The translations under genes and the position numbers were made by a program. The notes below the pieces were generated by a model. That model was not told the DNA's origin, made no database searches, and worked only from the letters and a program-made list of their open reading frames with translations. Positions 56,179-59,107 of a DNA stretch of 59,107 nucleotides are shown piece by piece. Within the stretch, counting starts at the first letter, position 1, and each line of letters starts with the position of its first letter. The stretch is from a virus (Duplodnaviria; Caudoviricetes). The stretch spans positions 1 to 59,107 of the IMG/VR virus record IMGVR_UViG_3300042934_000561; one strand, written 5' to 3'.

Positions 56179-57471
56179 CTATTGAGCTACTGCTTCTTTC
56201 TCCGACTCTACATTAGGTGTAGTGGTTTCAGGAGAACTAATTTCAGTTGATGCCGCAACTTCTGTAGTAGTAACTTCTCCTCCACGTTTTCTTGAAGGCT
56301 CATCATCTACATTTAAACTTTTTACTCTAGATTTAAGGCCTCTTTTATGCTTAATTATCTGATCTATGGTCCCCCAACTAATGGTACACTCTTGCCCAGG
56401 ATTTAATTCATCCTGTAGAACATCTATTATAGTTGCTAAGGATACGTATTCCAGCATACATATTCCATCTGGATCATGTAATGTACACACAGCGCTATTT
56501 CCATATTTATTTATATGTAAAGTATATTCCTTAAAGCTTATAGATTCAGATGTTGGTTTAGTGTCTTCTTTTGGAAATTTTGCAGTAATAATTCTATTTG
56601 TACCATCTGCGACGCTTAAATTTGGAAATCTATATTTGTGCTTAAGTCCTACCGAGTAATCTACTTTCTTTCCCATAAACGTGATTACATTGATTAAACT
56701 ATTACCATCGTTGCTAACTCTTTGCCAAGCTTTAGCAATAAGTTCCTTATTAGTTTTCTTATTAGTGTTCGGTTCGATTTGAGCTTTGTCTTTATTTCCA
56801 GCTTCGTTATCCTGCTTAAACTGCTCTATAAGTTTATCATCTTCTGAAAGTTCCATCTTTACTTCTTCTGTCTTAACTTCTTCTGTCTTAACTTCTTCTG
56901 TCTTAACTTCTTCTGCCGTTACTTCTTCCTGCTTTACTTCTTCCTGCTTTACTTCTTCCTGCTTTACTTCTTCCTGCTTTACTTCTTCCTGCTTTACTTC
57001 TTCTGTCTTTACTTCGTTTATCTCGTTCGCAACTTTTACAGCTTCTTCTTCTACAACAGCCTCATTCATTGCTTGTTTAACTTCTTCCGAAGTAGCAGTT
57101 CCGTCCACAATTAATTCTGAAGCTACAGCATTTTTAATTTCTGTTGAAGTAACATTTTCTGAGATGACTGAATTAACTGTGTTATTATCGACATTCAATT
57201 CTGTTTTTAACTTCTTATCTGAATTTTCCGAGTCGTTTTTAGCTTTTTCAGCAAGTGCTAAAGCTTTTTCAATTCTTTCTGGATCTCCACTTTCCATGGC
57301 TAGTTCAAGTTCCTTATTAACTGCTTCTAAGTTATTTATTATAGCATCAGTTTTCTTTTCAAGTTCCTGAGTGTCCACTTTCTTAATAGTTTCAAGTTTT
57401 TTCTTTAAGTCGTTACCTCCAGGTTGATTTGAGTTTTTAGTGTTACTGTTTTTAGTGTTTAGTGTTTTCAT
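56179..57471 (-). CDS. Acidic coiled-coil protein with EEVK(Q/T) pentapeptide repeats and a globular C-terminal domain
   Basis: ATG at 57471 after GGGAGG; the longer ORF start overlaps the promoter. Confidence 0.75.
   Translation of the reverse strand: MKTLNTKNSNTKNSNQPGGNDLKKKLETIKKVDTQELEKKTDAIINNLEAVNKELELAMESGDPERIEKALALAEKAKNDSENSDKKLKTELNVDNNTVNSVISENVTSTEIKNAVASELIVDGTATSEEVKQAMNEAVVEEEAVKVANEINEVKTEEVKQEEVKQEEVKQEEVKQEEVKQEEVTAEEVKTEEVKTEEVKTEEVKMELSEDDKLIEQFKQDNEAGNKDKAQIEPNTNKKTNKELIAKAWQRVSNDGNSLINVITFMGKKVDYSVGLKHKYRFPNLSVADGTNRIITAKFPKEDTKPTSESISFKEYTLHINKYGNSAVCTLHDPDGICMLEYVSLATIIDVLQDELNPGQECTISWGTIDQIIKHKRGLKSRVKSLNVDDEPSRKRGGEVTTTEVAASTEISSPETTTPNVESEKEAVAQ
56857..57015 (-). 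repeat. 15-bp coding tandem repeat, about 10 copies
   Basis: GAAGAAGTAAAGCAG / GAAGAAGTTAAGACA units. Confidence 0.9.
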
Positions 57472-57704
57472 TTTACTTTCCTCCCTGTTTTTGTTAAAAT
57501 TTGTTATTTGCTTTACAATTATAATTATACATGGTTTACATTGGAATTGCAATATAAGAATTAAGAGTTATCTGTCTTATCTAATAAGTTTATCAGCGAA
57601 GTCTTAGTATTGTTAATTCCTTCATGAACTGCTTATATTTATATTATACAGGAAAATTAGTGGAGTCACAAAATCAGAGTTAATAAATTCAAAATAAAAA
57701 GTTG

Positions 57705-58049
57705 TCAAACAATCATGACAACTTTCAGCGCATCAGTTAAATATATCGATACTATTTTTTCATAATATTCAATTAATTTATCATAATTAATAACATCATT
57801 TCCTCTTAGATTAAGATGCATACAACTATCGTTTAATTCGTTAGCTACTACATCTTTAGGTATAACCAGTTCGTCAATAAGTTCTATGTCTACTAGATCT
57901 TTTACCACGTGCGGTTTATGACATAAATCATTCCATACGGATTCTTCTACTTTAGTTAGCCCAAACGGAACCGGCCCCTTATAAACTACTCCCTCTCGCA
58001 TTATAAATTCGCTGTCCCGATACATAGCGGATACCCATTGTCCATACAT
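57705..58049 (-). CDS. Hypothetical protein
   Basis: GGAGG RBS. Confidence 0.6.
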   Translation of the reverse strand: MYGQWVSAMYRDSEFIMREGVVYKGPVPFGLTKVEESVWNDLCHKPHVVKDLVDIELIDELVIPKDVVANELNDSCMHLNLRGNDVINYDKLIEYYEKIVSIYLTDALKVVMIV

Positions 58050-58066
58050 ATGTTTAGCCTCCTTTA

Positions 58067-58303
58067 TTATTTAGTTTTAAGTTGAGTAAGTGACATAGTA
58101 CCACTTAAGTTTGATATTTCTGACAAATAAAGATTTTCAATCATAATAATTGATTCTGTTATGAATACTTTACTTTCGGATGATAATTTACTCGAAACTA
58201 TTTCTTCGCATACAGATTTTCCAACTTTGATCTTGGATCTTAAATCTTCTATTCTGTCTAATTTTCTTGAATCGTTCAATAACTTACGAACGGATGTATT
58301 CAT
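58067..58303 (-). CDS. Hypothetical protein
   Basis: RBS. Confidence 0.55.
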   Translation of the reverse strand: MNTSVRKLLNDSRKLDRIEDLRSKIKVGKSVCEEIVSSKLSSESKVFITESIIMIENLYLSEISNLSGTMSLTQLKTK

Positions 58304-58319
58304 GTTAACGCCCCCTTTC

Positions 58320-58595
58320 TTAATTATCGACTATGTATATCAATAGCCAATTAATAAATCTTATTTTAAATGTGTTTACATGTCGCTTCCAATGTTTATT
58401 TCCAGTAAGTTTAAAATACACAAACTTTTTTCCTGCAACTGGTTCGTATCCAGAATGAATTAATCCTAAAGCTAATTGTTCGTTTAGCTTATTTATCAAG
58501 TACTTATTTAAGCTAATTCGAATTCTAACTTTTAATGGCTTACTCCGATGAGTAGCCCCACTACTGTTATCTACAATTTTAGGCTCAGCTTTCAT
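58320..58595 (-). CDS. Basic hypothetical protein
   Basis: ORF within the operon. Confidence 0.5.
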   Translation of the reverse strand: MKAEPKIVDNSSGATHRSKPLKVRIRISLNKYLINKLNEQLALGLIHSGYEPVAGKKFVYFKLTGNKHWKRHVNTFKIRFINWLLIYIVDN

Positions 58596-58788
58596 TAGAC
58601 TCTAGCTTCCTATTAAGCACATAAGTTTCAGATGATTTTGATTCTAGACTTAATATCCAATTCATTCCATCTACTTTAGCTATTAGGTAATCATCGCCCC
58701 CCAAAGAAACACTTTTAGGCACTCTATAAATTATCTTTCGATTAGCTAATCTAATTCTAACATTATTCTTAATACGAAACTTATCCAT
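58585..58788 (-). CDS. Hypothetical early protein
   Basis: Promoter and GGAGG RBS. Confidence 0.6.
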   Translation of the reverse strand: MDKFRIKNNVRIRLANRKIIYRVPKSVSLGGDDYLIAKVDGMNWILSLESKSSETYVLNRKLESNES

Positions 58789-58933
58789 TTGGATTCCTCC
58801 TTGATTAAATACGCATGTACAATAATTGCACTTACAATATAATTATACGTGATATAATAGGAAATAACAATACTGGAAAATGACAGATTAGAAAATATAC
58901 CAGATCCATTAGAGTCCAAATCTGGATAAAGGA

Positions 58934-58954
58934 AAAGCGAGCCTAGCTCGCTTT
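58934..58954 (-). terminator. Intrinsic terminator
   Basis: AAAGCGAGC-TAG-GCTCGCTTT. Confidence 0.7.
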
Positions 58955-59107
58955 CTACTTAACCTTAATTACCTTTCCATCCTTAGTCTCAACTTCTGCG
59001 TACCATTTATGCATCTCAGGATAATGAGGTCCTTCGACGCAGTTAGTTCCATTTTGATTTGGATTTCCAAGGCCCGGTGCAAAAACAGTTACAGTCTCTC
59101 CCCTAGC
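58955..59107 (-). CDS. 3' part of a phage protein (EGPHYPEMHKWYA motif)
   Basis: Open from the window edge to TAG at 58955. Confidence 0.6.
   Translation of the reverse strand, partial: ARGETVTVFAPGLGNPNQNGTNCVEGPHYPEMHKWYAEVETKDGKVIKVK

Larger units (their letters stand above)
46073..58870 (-). promoter_or_regulatory. Series of 12 sigmaA-type early promoters (mostly TTGTAA/TTGTTA-N17-TATAAT)
   Basis: 46073-101, 46868-96, 47447-75, 50104-32, 51723-51, 52869-97, 54877-905, 55710-38, 56065-93, 57524-52, 57643-71, 58842-70; all have 17-bp spacers. Confidence 0.85.
44936..58921. repeat. Dispersed 19-bp intergenic motif ATTYGGACYNDAATGGAYC, 9 copies
   Basis: Plus strand: 44936, 45148, 47031, 47764, 51769; minus strand: 46953, 53002, 56125, 58903 (leftmost base of each copy). 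Confidence 0.85.

Noticed and set aside
55582-58346. Plus-strand ORFs, including the 194-aa Ser/Thr-rich 56786..57370
   Set aside because: They are antisense mirrors of minus-strand genes and of the EEVK repeat

Overview
This window is part of a large, AT-rich tailed phage genome with siphovirus-type morphogenesis. The host is probably a spore-forming Bacillota/Firmicute, judged from GGAGG RBSs, sigmaA-like promoters, an AbrB-family gene and PBSX/XkdF-like head genes. Bases 1-36.6 kb (minus strand) hold the virion module: terminase, portal, HNH, Nudix, prohead protease, scaffold, capsid, neck, tail tube, a frameshifted chaperone pair, a 1906-aa tape measure, Dit, an SH3/NlpC-P60 hub, and Ig-repeat and other tail proteins. 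Bases 36.6-40 kb hold nucleotide enzymes (MazG-like, Apyc1-like MBL, DHH/DHHA1, Tmk). Bases 40.2-59.1 kb form an early/accessory region of small genes in short transcription units. That region has 14 near-identical sigmaA-type promoters, a 19-bp motif repeated 9 times between units, several duplicated junction sequences, unannotated paralogous membrane peptides and three repeat-rich non-coding blocks (candidate termini/origin). I saw no integrase, lysis cassette, tRNA or CRISPR array. All protein calls come from motif recognition by eye, not from database searches.
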